Source: Lysobacterales bacterium
Lineage (GTDB): Bacteria; Pseudomonadota; Gammaproteobacteria; Xanthomonadales; Marinicellaceae
Direction: 5' to 3'
NCBI GenBank assembly: GCA_026982315.1
Contig: JALSHI010000061.1
Location: 19,018 to 83,017 of the forward strand
DNA length: 64,000 nt
The position numbers and the translations under genes were made by a program. The notes below the pieces were generated by a model that saw only the letters and a program-made list of their open reading frames with translations, did not search any database and was not told the origin of the DNA. Below are positions 1 through 11,219 of the stretch, one piece after another (the stretch's first letter is position 1; each line of letters opens with the position of its first letter).

Positions 1-546
1 CAGAATGGCCGCGGCCAGGTTTTCCTTTAACGGCGCCGCCGTGGCCTTGTGCCGATACCCCCGCAAATGCAGGCTGCGACCGGACAAATCCAGGGAAAAG
101 GTGAGCCGGTTGTGATGCAAGCGTGCCGAAAACAGGAGATCGGGATTGTGCTTGTCCACGCCTGGGCGATAACCCTTATGGCGAGTGAACCAGTCCACCA
201 GGGCATCCTTGGCTAATTGGGCGCCATACTGGCTATTGCGAATAACTGCATTGGTGCCGGAAAAATGAATCCATAAAGAACGGGGTTTTCCACGAATCAG
301 TGCATCCCAGTTCACCGCCAGCAGTTGTTGATACAAATCATCTGCCGTGCGTAGGGAAAACTCACTGACTGGCAACAGAATGCGATTGGCCAGTCGTGTC
401 CAGAGAATGATTTTTTCGACAGTCGCCGCATCAGCAGAAAAATCCACGCCAGCCAGTTTTTCTCCGGCGGTATGAGCCCCCAAGGCCAGCAATTCCTCTT
501 TCAACAACAGTTCCAGGCCCTTGGGGCACGTGGCAAACAGCCTCAT
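1..546 (-). CDS. rlmL: 23S rRNA methyltransferase RlmL/RlmKL, N-terminal (THUMP) part only; gene runs off the left edge
   Basis: Absent from the ORF track because it is truncated. Manual minus-strand translation from ATG (cat at 544-546) gives MRLFATCPKGLELLLKEELLALGA...IRNSQYGAQLAKDALVDWF...LHLRGYRHKATAAPLKENLAAAIL. This matches my memory of the E. coli RlmL N-terminus. Confidence 0.8.
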   Translation of the reverse strand, partial: MRLFATCPKGLELLLKEELLALGAHTAGEKLAGVDFSADAATVEKIILWTRLANRILLPVSEFSLRTADDLYQQLLAVNWDALIRGKPRSLWIHFSGTNAVIRNSQYGAQLAKDALVDWFTRHKGYRPGVDKHNPDLLFSARLHHNRLTFSLDLSGRSLHLRGYRHKATAAPLKENLAAAIL

Positions 547-554
547 CAGCGCCA

Positions 555-1739
555 TCAATTCAACCGGATGCGGATGGTTTCGGCCATGCTGCGGACCTTC
601 TTGCGGGCCGCATTGGTGGAATGATCCCGCGCCAGACAAACCCCCACACGGCGTTTACCATCCACAGTGGGTTTGCCAAACAGGCGCACATCGGTCTCGG
701 CTGCCTTCAGTGCTTCCCGCAGGCCGGAAAAAGTGGGGTTCTTGCCCTGCCCTTCGGCAATCAGGACATGGGAGGCGGCCGGGCCATAATGGACAATCTT
801 GGGAATCGGCAAGCCAAGAATGGCGCGCACATGCAAGGCGAACTCCGACAGGTTTTGCGACACCAGCGTGACCAGGCCGGTGTCATGCGGCCGCGGAGAC
901 ACTTCGGAAAACACCACATCATCGCCCTTGACAAACAACTCCACACCAAAAATCCCGTAACCGCCCAAAGCATCGGTAATTTTCCGGGCAATATCGCGGG
1001 CTCTGGCACGCGATACGTCAGTCAATTGCTGGGGTTGCCAGGACTCACGATAATCACCATCCACCTGGGTATGACCAATGGGCTCGCAAAAGTGTGTGCC
1101 GTCAGCATGGCGCACTGTCAGCAAGGTAATCTCAAAGTCAAACTTGACAAAACCTTCAACAATGACACGGCCACCGCCACTGCGCCCGCCTTTTTGGGCG
1201 TATTCCCAGGCGGAATCCACATCGGCCTCGTTTTCAAGCACGGACTGCCCCTTGCCCGAGGAGCTCATTACCGGCTTGACCACACAGGGAAAACCCAGCT
1301 CCCTGACGGCATTCTCAAAAGCCTGTTTGTTGTCAACGAATCGATAGCGGCTGGTCGGTAACCCCAACTCCTCGGCGGCCAAACGGCGAATACCCTCCCG
1401 ATCCATGGTTAAACGCGCCGCCTTTGCCGAAGGCACCACATGGAACCCTTCGTCTTCCAGTCGAACCAACTCATCGGTGGCAATGGCCTCTATTTCCGGC
1501 ACAATCAGATCCGGCCTCTCCGCCTCGACCAGCGCGCGCAAAGCGGCGCCATCTAGCATGTTAATCACATGCCAGCGATCCGCCACCTGCATGGCAGGCG
1601 CCCCGGCATAACGATCCACGGCCACCACTTCGCAACCCAAACGTTGGGCCTCGATGGCCACCTCCTTGCCTAACTCACCTGCGCCTAACAGCAAAATTTT
1701 AATTGGCGTCGTGCGTTCATCTGTGAAAAAATGGTTCAT
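555..1739 (-). CDS. purT: Formate-dependent phosphoribosylglycinamide formyltransferase (GAR transformylase 2)
   Basis: Near-collinear with E. coli PurT as recalled ([55 protein letters not shown]). The start was moved from the track start 1811 to the ATG at 1737-1739 ([19 protein letters not shown]), giving 394 aa. Confidence 0.95.
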   Translation of the reverse strand: MNHFFTDERTTPIKILLLGAGELGKEVAIEAQRLGCEVVAVDRYAGAPAMQVADRWHVINMLDGAALRALVEAERPDLIVPEIEAIATDELVRLEDEGFHVVPSAKAARLTMDREGIRRLAAEELGLPTSRYRFVDNKQAFENAVRELGFPCVVKPVMSSSGKGQSVLENEADVDSAWEYAQKGGRSGGGRVIVEGFVKFDFEITLLTVRHADGTHFCEPIGHTQVDGDYRESWQPQQLTDVSRARARDIARKITDALGGYGIFGVELFVKGDDVVFSEVSPRPHDTGLVTLVSQNLSEFALHVRAILGLPIPKIVHYGPAASHVLIAEGQGKNPTFSGLREALKAAETDVRLFGKPTVDGKRRVGVCLARDHSTNAARKKVRSMAETIRIRLN

Positions 1740-1783
1740 GCGATCCCTTTGTATTCCTGTCCTTATTTTTGAAAACCATAGCG

Positions 1784-3388
1784 ATGTCAACATCCATAAC
1801 AGCCATAACACCGCATCCCCCTCGGCGTGCGCCGCGGATTATAGCATTGATTGGCCTGGCCCTTGCGATCGGCTGCGGTTTGTCCGCCCATGCCCGCGAC
1901 AAACACCATGACAACACAGACGAGTGGATGGCTATCCTGGTCGATGGTCAAAAAAGCGGCTATGCCCATCATAGCCGGCGCATCGTGGATGGTGATATTG
2001 AAACCAGCCAGAAAATCCACTGGCAACTGCATCGCAGTGGCGTGCCAATCAGCATCGAAATTCACGAAACCAGCCGCGAAACCGCAACGGGGCAACCCGT
2101 GTCATTTTCCAGCGAGCAGAAAATGTCTGGTCTCGGCCTGCGCGTCAGTGGAAAAATGCTGGATGACCATACCTTGCAAATCACCAAAACCGGGCCTGGT
2201 TCACACAACCAAAAGACCCTCACCTGGCAGCCAGACTGGATGATGCCAGAGCACCTTCGGCGGTCGCAAATCGCAGCTTTCAAAAAAGCTGGTATGCAAC
2301 CGGGCAGTACAATTACCAGCCGGGTTTTCGTCCCCAGTCTGGAAAAAGCTTTAACCAGTGAGAGCCGTCTGGGCGCCATGGAAGACGTTGACTTGCTGGG
2401 CCATACCCAGCGCTTGCGCCACATCACTGAAACCACTGATATGGGTGGTTTTTTGCAAGTCTCCCAGGCATGGGTCGATGACGATTTCAACGTCAAGAAA
2501 ATGCAAATAAACATGATGGGCATGACGCTGGAAATGATTGCTTGCCCCAAGGCCTGCGCCACCGCACCTGACCAGCCGTTTGATGCTTTCAGCAATACCC
2601 TGATGCCAGTACCGGTTTCCCTGTCCCCTGATGAGCTCAAACAACCCCTGCAATGGACATTTCACCTGCGGGATAAAGTGAGCCGTGTGCATCTGCCCAA
2701 CAGCCTGGAACAACAATCCCGCATTGAAACCCTCGCTGATGGTCAGCAAAAACTAACCGTCACCATTTATCCTGATCGTCCTGTGGCCCGGGCTTCAGCC
2801 GCATCCACCGATCAATCCTCCTCGCACGTTACTGAAAACCCGCTTGCCAATCACCTTGAAACATGGACCCGGCCCACGCCCTGGCTGCAAAGCAATGCCG
2901 AACTGATCAAAGGGCTGACAAAAAAAACCATCCGGAAAAACCAAGGCCCGGCGGAAAAAATGCAAGCCATCACCGGTTTTGTACGCCAGTACATCAGCAA
3001 TAAAACCCTGTCTGTGGCCTATGCCTCGGCGCTGGAAACCGCGCGTAATCGCAATGGCGACTGCACCGAACATGCTGTGCTGACAGCCGCCATGGGACGC
3101 GCCGCCGGCATTCCCACCCGCATCGCCACCGGACTGGTATACACCCCAGAATTTGAAGGCAAGAAAAATGTGCTTGTGCCTCACGCCTGGACCCAGGCCT
3201 GGGTGGATGGGGCCTGGAAAAGTTATGATGCGGCCCTTGGCCATTTTGACAGCGGCCACATTGCCCTGGAGTATGGCGATGGGGACCCTGTCGCCTTTTA
3301 TTCCAGCGTCCAGCTCATTGGTAATCTGGCCGTGGATTCGGTACATGCGATCAAGCCGGCCAACCCTGGACCAAACCAAATCCCGTAA
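1784..3388 (+). CDS. Transglutaminase-like domain lipoprotein (function unknown)
   Basis: The C-terminal part has a transglutaminase-core Cys/His/Asp pattern ([10 protein letters not shown]...HAWTQAW...YDAALG). The N-terminus has [18 protein letters not shown], a signal peptide with a lipobox-like Cys. The track start at 1769 is TTG; the first ATG is at 1784. Confidence 0.7.
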   Translation: MSTSITAITPHPPRRAPRIIALIGLALAIGCGLSAHARDKHHDNTDEWMAILVDGQKSGYAHHSRRIVDGDIETSQKIHWQLHRSGVPISIEIHETSRETATGQPVSFSSEQKMSGLGLRVSGKMLDDHTLQITKTGPGSHNQKTLTWQPDWMMPEHLRRSQIAAFKKAGMQPGSTITSRVFVPSLEKALTSESRLGAMEDVDLLGHTQRLRHITETTDMGGFLQVSQAWVDDDFNVKKMQINMMGMTLEMIACPKACATAPDQPFDAFSNTLMPVPVSLSPDELKQPLQWTFHLRDKVSRVHLPNSLEQQSRIETLADGQQKLTVTIYPDRPVARASAASTDQSSSHVTENPLANHLETWTRPTPWLQSNAELIKGLTKKTIRKNQGPAEKMQAITGFVRQYISNKTLSVAYASALETARNRNGDCTEHAVLTAAMGRAAGIPTRIATGLVYTPEFEGKKNVLVPHAWTQAWVDGAWKSYDAALGHFDSGHIALEYGDGDPVAFYSSVQLIGNLAVDSVHAIKPANPGPNQIP

Positions 3389-3579
3389 AACCGCCAACCT
3401 TTTCTTTTTTCTCATGACAGACTGACATAATCACCCGGATCTTGGTCTAAGGGTTCCTCGACACAAACCCATCCGGGAGCAGTCTGCACCCGGAATGGCG
3501 AAACTCGCCGTTATTTTGAAACCATCACTCTTTCAATTCCTGGATCGATAATGAGGCAATACACCCCACACTGGCGCAA

Positions 3580-4197
3580 ATGAATCGGGACAATTACAAT
3601 GCATGCATGAAAATAGCCAAACACCCATTGCCTTATGTGGGCAAACTTGCTCAGCGCTCGCCTGAAGCCATCGACACAGTGGTTATCCACTGTACGGAGC
3701 TGCCTGACATGGTCACTGCACGGCAATATGCTGAAAAAATCCACTATGCCAGCGGCACTGGCAATAGCGGGCATTTCTATATCAGCAAACAGGGTGACAT
3801 CCGGCAGTGGGTTCCTGTTGAGCGCATCGCTCACCACGTGGCGGGGTATAATGCCCACACCATTGGCATCGAGCTGGACAATCGCGGCCGTTACCCGCAC
3901 TGGTTTTATTCGACCTTTCAGACACCCAACGACCCTTACCCAGCCGAGCAGATCGAAGCGCTTGTCAGGCTGCTCCAGTTTTTGCAAAAAACACTGCTGT
4001 CGCTGAAATATATCGCAGGCCATGAAGATCTGGATCGCCGAATGATACCGGCAGAAGATAACCCCAAAGTCATGATTCGACGAAAAATCGACCCCGGGCC
4101 ACTGTTTCCATGGAAGCAGGTGATGCCACACATCCGACTTATCAATATTGGCCAGCAACCCGTCAATCACAACACCTTAAAGACAAAAACGCCATGA
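3580..4197 (+). CDS. N-acetylmuramoyl-L-alanine amidase, amidase_2 (AmpD/PGRP-like), apparently cytoplasmic
   Basis: Motifs VVIHCTE, HFYISKQGDIRQWV, HHVAGYNAHTIGIELDN, IAGHEDLD and RKIDPGP fit the zinc amidase_2 fold. No signal peptide is seen. Confidence 0.8.
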   Translation: MNRDNYNACMKIAKHPLPYVGKLAQRSPEAIDTVVIHCTELPDMVTARQYAEKIHYASGTGNSGHFYISKQGDIRQWVPVERIAHHVAGYNAHTIGIELDNRGRYPHWFYSTFQTPNDPYPAEQIEALVRLLQFLQKTLLSLKYIAGHEDLDRRMIPAEDNPKVMIRRKIDPGPLFPWKQVMPHIRLINIGQQPVNHNTLKTKTP

Positions 4198-5090
4198 GTA
4201 CACTGAACGAAATTGAACAATTACTAAAATTTTTTAACCTGGAAACCATTGAGGAAAACATTTACCGCGGACAAAGCCTGGACATTGGCACTGGCCGGAT
4301 TTTCGGTGGCCAGGTGCTGGGACAAGCCCTGGCAGCGGCCAGCCGGACAGTACCAGAAGATCGCCAGGCGCATTCCCTGCATGCCTATTTTTTGCGAGAA
4401 GGCGATTGCAATAAACCGGTGGTGTTTACCGTGGACCGCGCCCGCGACGGCCGCAGTTTTAGCAACCGCCGGGTGGTTGCCATTCAATATGGCCGTCCCA
4501 TATTGAACCTGGCCGCTTCATTCAAAATCGACGAAACTGGTTTTGCGCATCAAATCGATATGCCATCGGTTCCATTTCCCGAGGAACTTCATGAAAAACC
4601 CTTGATACCCGCTTCAAAAATAAAGCATTTATCACCAAGAATGCGACGTACATTAACCACGCAAGGGCCACTCGAAATCCGGCCGGTCACCGATATCGAC
4701 CCCTTCGATACTGAGCCCAAGCCTCCCATCAAACAATTGTGGTTTCGCGCCCGCTACCCGGTGCCTGATGATCGTGCCTTACAACGCGTGCTGCTGGCTT
4801 TTGTATCTGACTACCATCTGGTTAACACCGCCACGCATCCGCATGGCATTTCCTATCTGGATCCCACATTGCAAATCGCCAGCCTCGACCATGCCATGTG
4901 GTTCCACCGGGATTTTCGCATTGATGACTGGCTGCTATATGATTGCGACAGCCCGGTGGCCAGTAACGCCACCGCACTGGCCATCGGGCGTATTTTTAAT
5001 CGGGAGGGTGTTCTGGTCGCCACCACAGCACAGGAAGGTCTGATGCGAAAACATGATAAGCCACGCCCGCCTCATGGCCGCCAGGCTTGA
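4194..5090 (+). CDS. tesB: Acyl-CoA thioesterase II
   Basis: MSTLNEIEQLLKFFNLETIEENIYRGQS...IFGGQVLGQAL...RDGRSFSNRRVVAIQ is collinear with E. coli TesB as recalled. The ATG at 4194 overlaps the upstream stop (ATGA). The track start at 4110 was rejected. Confidence 0.9.
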   Translation: MSTLNEIEQLLKFFNLETIEENIYRGQSLDIGTGRIFGGQVLGQALAAASRTVPEDRQAHSLHAYFLREGDCNKPVVFTVDRARDGRSFSNRRVVAIQYGRPILNLAASFKIDETGFAHQIDMPSVPFPEELHEKPLIPASKIKHLSPRMRRTLTTQGPLEIRPVTDIDPFDTEPKPPIKQLWFRARYPVPDDRALQRVLLAFVSDYHLVNTATHPHGISYLDPTLQIASLDHAMWFHRDFRIDDWLLYDCDSPVASNATALAIGRIFNREGVLVATTAQEGLMRKHDKPRPPHGRQA

Positions 5091-5220
5091 GCCATCAGGC
5101 AGCCGAGCTTTTGGCTGTTCTGACAAATCTCATGCCAGAAATGCGGATATCTTTTTGTTATCTGACAAAAAGGCCTTTGCCGGAAGCTGCAAGCCCTGTT
5201 TCGGCTACAGGACAAACCTG

Positions 5221-5256
5221 TAAAAAACGCAAAAGCCCCAATTGACGGGGCTTTTG
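5221..5256 (-). terminator. Rho-independent terminator downstream of ssb (possibly bidirectional, also follows tesB)
   Basis: A 9-bp stem aaaagcccc / ggggctttt (5231-5239 and 5247-5255) has a 7-nt loop. On the minus strand it is followed by gcgtttttt. Confidence 0.6.
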
Positions 5257-5283
5257 TTATGGACTGTCAATACGCGAAATAAC

Positions 5284-5757
5284 CTAGAACGGAATATCGT
5301 CGTCAAAGTCATCATCAACCACAGGCTGTTGCTGTGTGTTGGCCCCGCCATTGTAAGATGACTGCTGGCGGTTATTCGGCGCCGCCGGTGCGCCACCAAA
5401 TGGCGCTTGACCACCGGATGGATTGCCACCGAGCATCTGCATTTCATTGGCCACGATTTCCGTTGTGTATCTGTCCTGACCGTTCTTGTCCTGCCATTTG
5501 CGGGTTTGCAGGCGGCCTTCGATATACACCTGGCGGCCTTTTCGCAGATATTCGCCAGCGATTTCCGCCAGCCGCCCGAAAAACACCACCCGGTGCCATT
5601 CTGTCTTTTCCTGCTTTTGGCCTGTGTTCTTGTCTGTCCATGACTCCGTGGTGGCCACGGTGATATTTGTCACCGCAGCGCCACTGGTGGTGTAACGGAC
5701 CTCTGGGTCTTGGCCAAGGTTGCCGACCAGTATGACTTTGTTAATGCCTCTTGCCAT
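5284..5757 (-). CDS. ssb: Single-stranded DNA-binding protein
   Basis: [23 protein letters not shown]...[14 protein letters not shown] is an OB fold. It is followed by a Gly/Gln/Pro-rich linker and the acidic tail [10 protein letters not shown]. Confidence 0.97.
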   Translation of the reverse strand: MARGINKVILVGNLGQDPEVRYTTSGAAVTNITVATTESWTDKNTGQKQEKTEWHRVVFFGRLAEIAGEYLRKGRQVYIEGRLQTRKWQDKNGQDRYTTEIVANEMQMLGGNPSGGQAPFGGAPAAPNNRQQSSYNGGANTQQQPVVDDDFDDDIPF

Positions 5758-5892
5758 AGTTTCTATACTCGTATATGAACCGTTTCAGATAAGTCGCATC
5801 CGGGGTCGCCAGACGCAGATTGCCGGATTGTAGCACGCCCGCGGTCACCCGAACATAAGCTTTGTGCCCAAAGAAATGCAGGAAACTGTTGA

Positions 5893-7101
5893 TTACAGCT
5901 GTTGCCGAACATGTCCTGACTGATTCACTCGCCATACCACCAGCGCCGTGATAAACACCAGTATGGCTGTTCCAAAAAAGACCGAGGCATAGCCATGGCG
6001 AAGGAGATAGCCAGCCAAAGTCGACCCCACAAACGCTCCGATAAATTGACTGGAAGAATACATGCCCATGGCCGCGCCTCGGAATTTCTCACCCGCCAGC
6101 CGCGACAACCAGGCAGGCATCCCGGCTTCAAGAAAATTGAACATGCCAAAAAACAGCACCAAAACAGCTGCCACGGTTAATACCGAAACCAGAGCCAACG
6201 GCAATAGCAACTGAGACAAACCCAGCCCGGCCAGACCCGCCAGAATATATTGAGCATGCCGCCCTGATTTCTCCATGCGAATAATCAGAGGCAGCATGAT
6301 GGCCACCGAAAGCACCAGTACCGGCAAATACATCCACCCGTGCCGCTCTGGTGGAAAGTGCAGTTTTTCGCTCAATACCAAAGGCAGGGCCACAAAAACC
6401 GCGGTCATCACGGCATGGAGCACAAAAACCGACAAATCCAGAGCCAGCAATCGCGGATTTTTCAGGGTACTCAACAGCTCTTCCAGCGAAAATCGGATGC
6501 TTTTGTGTTTTTTGGGCTCTGAAACAAAAACATGTAACTGAATCAAAGCCAGCGTAGCCAAAAGCGCGGTCAGCCAGAACAACCCGGACATGCCGATTTT
6601 GGCATATAACAGCGGGCCAGTCATAAATGCCAGCATAAAGGCCGCGCCAATGCTCATGCCGATAATGGCCATGACCCGGCCACGCACCTGCTCCCGGCTG
6701 ATATCCGCCACCAGCGCCATACCCACCGAGGCAATGGCTCCGGCGCCCTGAATGGCGCGTCCTATAATAATGGTATGAATATCTGTGGCCAGCGCCGCCA
6801 CCACGCTACCGGTGATAAAAAACAGCAACCCCACAGTCAACACGGGTTTGCGCCCAAAAATATCAGACAACAATCCCATGGGGATTTGCAAAACCGCTTG
6901 GGTCAGGCCATAAACCCCCAAAGCCAGGCCGATAAGCACGGGCGTGGAATGCGGTAACGAGCGGGCATAAACAGAAAATACCGGCATAATCAAAAACAGC
7001 CCGTACATGCGCAGAGCGACAAGAATCGCGACACTGATGGCCGCCCGCTTTTCTTCGGGCAACAATGCCACTCGTTTACTGGACGTATCTGTATGGTGCA
7101 T
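5893..7101 (-). CDS. MFS transporter
   Basis: About 12 predicted TM helices are present, with the MFS loop motif GLLSDIFGRKPVL. An MFS gene upstream of ssb is a common arrangement in Pseudomonas-like genomes, as recalled. Confidence 0.85.
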   Translation of the reverse strand: MHHTDTSSKRVALLPEEKRAAISVAILVALRMYGLFLIMPVFSVYARSLPHSTPVLIGLALGVYGLTQAVLQIPMGLLSDIFGRKPVLTVGLLFFITGSVVAALATDIHTIIIGRAIQGAGAIASVGMALVADISREQVRGRVMAIIGMSIGAAFMLAFMTGPLLYAKIGMSGLFWLTALLATLALIQLHVFVSEPKKHKSIRFSLEELLSTLKNPRLLALDLSVFVLHAVMTAVFVALPLVLSEKLHFPPERHGWMYLPVLVLSVAIMLPLIIRMEKSGRHAQYILAGLAGLGLSQLLLPLALVSVLTVAAVLVLFFGMFNFLEAGMPAWLSRLAGEKFRGAAMGMYSSSQFIGAFVGSTLAGYLLRHGYASVFFGTAILVFITALVVWRVNQSGHVRQQL

Positions 7102-7124
7102 GTTATTGGCCCAAAATCGTGATG

Positions 7125-8048
7125 CTAAACCGCTTTATAACCGTTGTCTCCCACTGGGGTCAGAAAATGCGCATATTCTTTTACGCGCCCGTGCACCACA
7201 TCCTGATAAATTTGTTTCATCCGGGCCGTTACAGGACCAACCGAGCCATCACCAATGGCATGGTCGTTAATAGAACCAATGGGAGTTACCTCCACCGCCG
7301 TGCCTGTAAAAAACGCCTCGTCAGCGGCCAGGGCATCGTCCAGCGTTAAATTTTTCTCCAGGACTTTCAGCCCCTGATCCCGGGCCAGTTGCATAATGGT
7401 GGCTCGGGTGATACCCGGCAAAATATGCCCCAACGGCGGTGTATATATAACGCCGTCTTTGACAATAAAGAAATTTTCACCTGCACCCTCTGCTATATGA
7501 TCGTCAGAGGTCAGGAACAGCGCCTCATGGTAATGGGTATTCTGAATTTCAAGAGAAGACAAGATACCATTGACGTAATGGCCGCAAATTTTGGCATCAA
7601 TGACCGTCGCCTCGGGGTTGATGCGCCGGTATTTGCTGACTTTAACGTCAATGAATTCATGGGCAAAATAGGCGTCCCATTCCCAACAGGCGATGGCCAG
7701 CTCCGGCGGGTTGCCTTTGGCCGAAACCCCCAGCTCTCCATAGCCAAAATAGGCGATGGGGCGAATATAGCCATAACGCAACTGATTGGCGCTGACAGTG
7801 TGGACGATGGCATCAAAAATGCTGCGCGCATCCCAGGGCAGTTCCATACCCAACACCTGGCACGAATAGACTAGCCGCTCCACATGCTCCTGCAAGCGGA
7901 AAATGGCCGGCCCCTGTTGGCTTTCATAAACCCTGATGCCTTCGAATGCCCCGCCGCCGTAATGCAGGGTATGGGTCAGCACATGCGTCTGGGCATCATC
8001 CCACGGGGTTAACTGACCATTTTTCCAAATCCAGGCTGTTTTTTTCAT
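7125..8048 (-). CDS. ilvE: Branched-chain amino acid aminotransferase (class IV)
   Basis: MKKTAWIWKNGQLTPWDDAQTHVLTHTLHYGGGAFEGIRVY and later motifs fit IlvE; 307 aa. Confidence 0.9.
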   Translation of the reverse strand: MKKTAWIWKNGQLTPWDDAQTHVLTHTLHYGGGAFEGIRVYESQQGPAIFRLQEHVERLVYSCQVLGMELPWDARSIFDAIVHTVSANQLRYGYIRPIAYFGYGELGVSAKGNPPELAIACWEWDAYFAHEFIDVKVSKYRRINPEATVIDAKICGHYVNGILSSLEIQNTHYHEALFLTSDDHIAEGAGENFFIVKDGVIYTPPLGHILPGITRATIMQLARDQGLKVLEKNLTLDDALAADEAFFTGTAVEVTPIGSINDHAIGDGSVGPVTARMKQIYQDVVHGRVKEYAHFLTPVGDNGYKAV

Positions 8049-8076
8049 AAGGCGCTCTTTTCAGGGTTCATTAAAA

Positions 8077-10161
<2,085 letters not shown>

Positions 10162-10178
10162 TTATCAATAGTTTGTGT

Positions 10179-11219
10179 TTATTTAAGGGTAGCACTGGCC
10201 TGCGCCTGCAATTCAACCAGATTGCGGCGCATTTCCACCCACTGCTTTTGTTGCCAGAATGGTTGACAGACATCCAGCATCGAGCGCCCCAGCAAGCGGT
10301 GGCACACCTGCACCACCGGAGCCTTCGGCGACTTGCGTGGCAACGACGCCAACAGTTCACAGGTCAACTCAGGCGTACAGGTCAAGGCCACATGGGCGCC
10401 CGCCTCGGAGCACGCATTGTAACGCGCCAGGATGCCGCCCACGCAAGTGGCCGCTTCCATTTCCAAATCATCGCTGATAATGGCGCCGGAAAACCCCAAG
10501 GCAGATTGCAGGATTTTCTTGCTCCAGTAAGCCGAGAAGCCTGCCGGTTGCTCACAAGCCCGGGCATAAACCACATGAGACAGCATGACCGCATCCAGTT
10601 TTTGTTCAGCAATCAGCCTGGCAAAAGGAACCATGTCGTTCTGTTGTATGTCCTCTGGCGTGCGCGTATCCACAGGCAACCGGTGGTGGGAGTCGGCCTG
10701 AACCGTGCCATGGCCGGGGAAGTGTTTGCCCGTGGTTTTCATGCCTGCAGCGTGCATACCGGCACAATATATCTCCCCTAACTCAGCAACCACTTTCGGG
10801 TCAGATGAAAAGGCTCTGTCGCCAATCACCTCGCTGCCATTATCGATATCCAGCACCGGCGCAAAGCTCATATCAACACCGACTGAAAGCAATTCCGCAG
10901 CCATCAACCAGGCATGCGTGTGTGCCAAGGCCCGGGCCAGATCCGGATTGTCGCCCCATACAGCACCAAGATCACCCAGGGCCGGAAGCTGGCTAAAAGG
11001 CAGTCCAAACCGCCTGACACGGCCGCCTTCCTGATCAACCGTAATCAGGAAGGACTTGCCCCGGATGGCCCGAATGGCGGTAATCAATCGCCGGAGCTGG
11101 TGATAGTCGTGATAATTCCGCTTAAACAGAATCACACCCCGCACCAGCGGATGCATCACTATCTGTCGGTCAGTCTGTGTGAGTTCAAGACCGGAAATGC
11201 CAGCGATGAGCGCGGTCAC
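10179..11219 (-). CDS. nagZ: Beta-N-acetylhexosaminidase (peptidoglycan recycling)
   Basis: HPLVRGVILFKRNYHDYHQL and VDQEGGRVRRF are GH3 NagZ signatures. The start is GTG (rc of 11217-11219) and overlaps the upstream stop as GTGA. Confidence 0.9.
   Translation of the reverse strand: MTALIAGISGLELTQTDRQIVMHPLVRGVILFKRNYHDYHQLRRLITAIRAIRGKSFLITVDQEGGRVRRFGLPFSQLPALGDLGAVWGDNPDLARALAHTHAWLMAAELLSVGVDMSFAPVLDIDNGSEVIGDRAFSSDPKVVAELGEIYCAGMHAAGMKTTGKHFPGHGTVQADSHHRLPVDTRTPEDIQQNDMVPFARLIAEQKLDAVMLSHVVYARACEQPAGFSAYWSKKILQSALGFSGAIISDDLEMEAATCVGGILARYNACSEAGAHVALTCTPELTCELLASLPRKSPKAPVVQVCHRLLGRSMLDVCQPFWQQKQWVEMRRNLVELQAQASATLK

Noticed and set aside
621-1361. Long antisense (shadow) ORFs opposite well-conserved genes. 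Examples:
- 621..1361 (+), opposite purT
- 8293..9342 (+), opposite fadH
- 11726..12475 and 16361..17155 (+), opposite the FG-GAP genes
- 27581..28318 (+), opposite degP-like
- 37790..38986 (+), opposite pabB
- 49519..50043 (+), opposite guaA
- 59983..60510 (-), opposite ccmF
   Set aside because: Each lies entirely inside a gene whose product has clear family motifs on the other strand. Their translations are R/G/H/Q/P-rich with no recognisable motifs. This is typical of the antisense frame of moderately GC-rich coding DNA.
1740-1811. N-terminally extended starts offered by the ORF track: purT 1811, tesB 4110, acpP 40794, rpmF 45006, pabC 37773, DUF2207 47689, ccmA 55600, ccmC 57058, ccmD 57686 and the oxygenase 62600.
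   Set aside because: The extensions overlap the upstream gene or have no counterpart in the remembered orthologue N-termini. Internal ATGs give canonical lengths and tidy junctions.
3432-3477. Inverted repeat CACCCGGAT...ATCCGGG, plus a third ACCCGGAA copy, in the 191-nt gap upstream of the amidase gene.
   Set aside because: The stem is 7 bp with a loop of about 30 nt and matches no regulator site I know. It could arise by chance.
5886-5898. Palindrome-like CTGTTGATTACAG about 130 nt upstream of ssb, considered as a LexA (SOS) box.
   Set aside because: The spacing is CTG-N7-CAG, not the CTG-N10-CAG of the gammaproteobacterial LexA box. It also overlaps the stop codon of the MFS gene.
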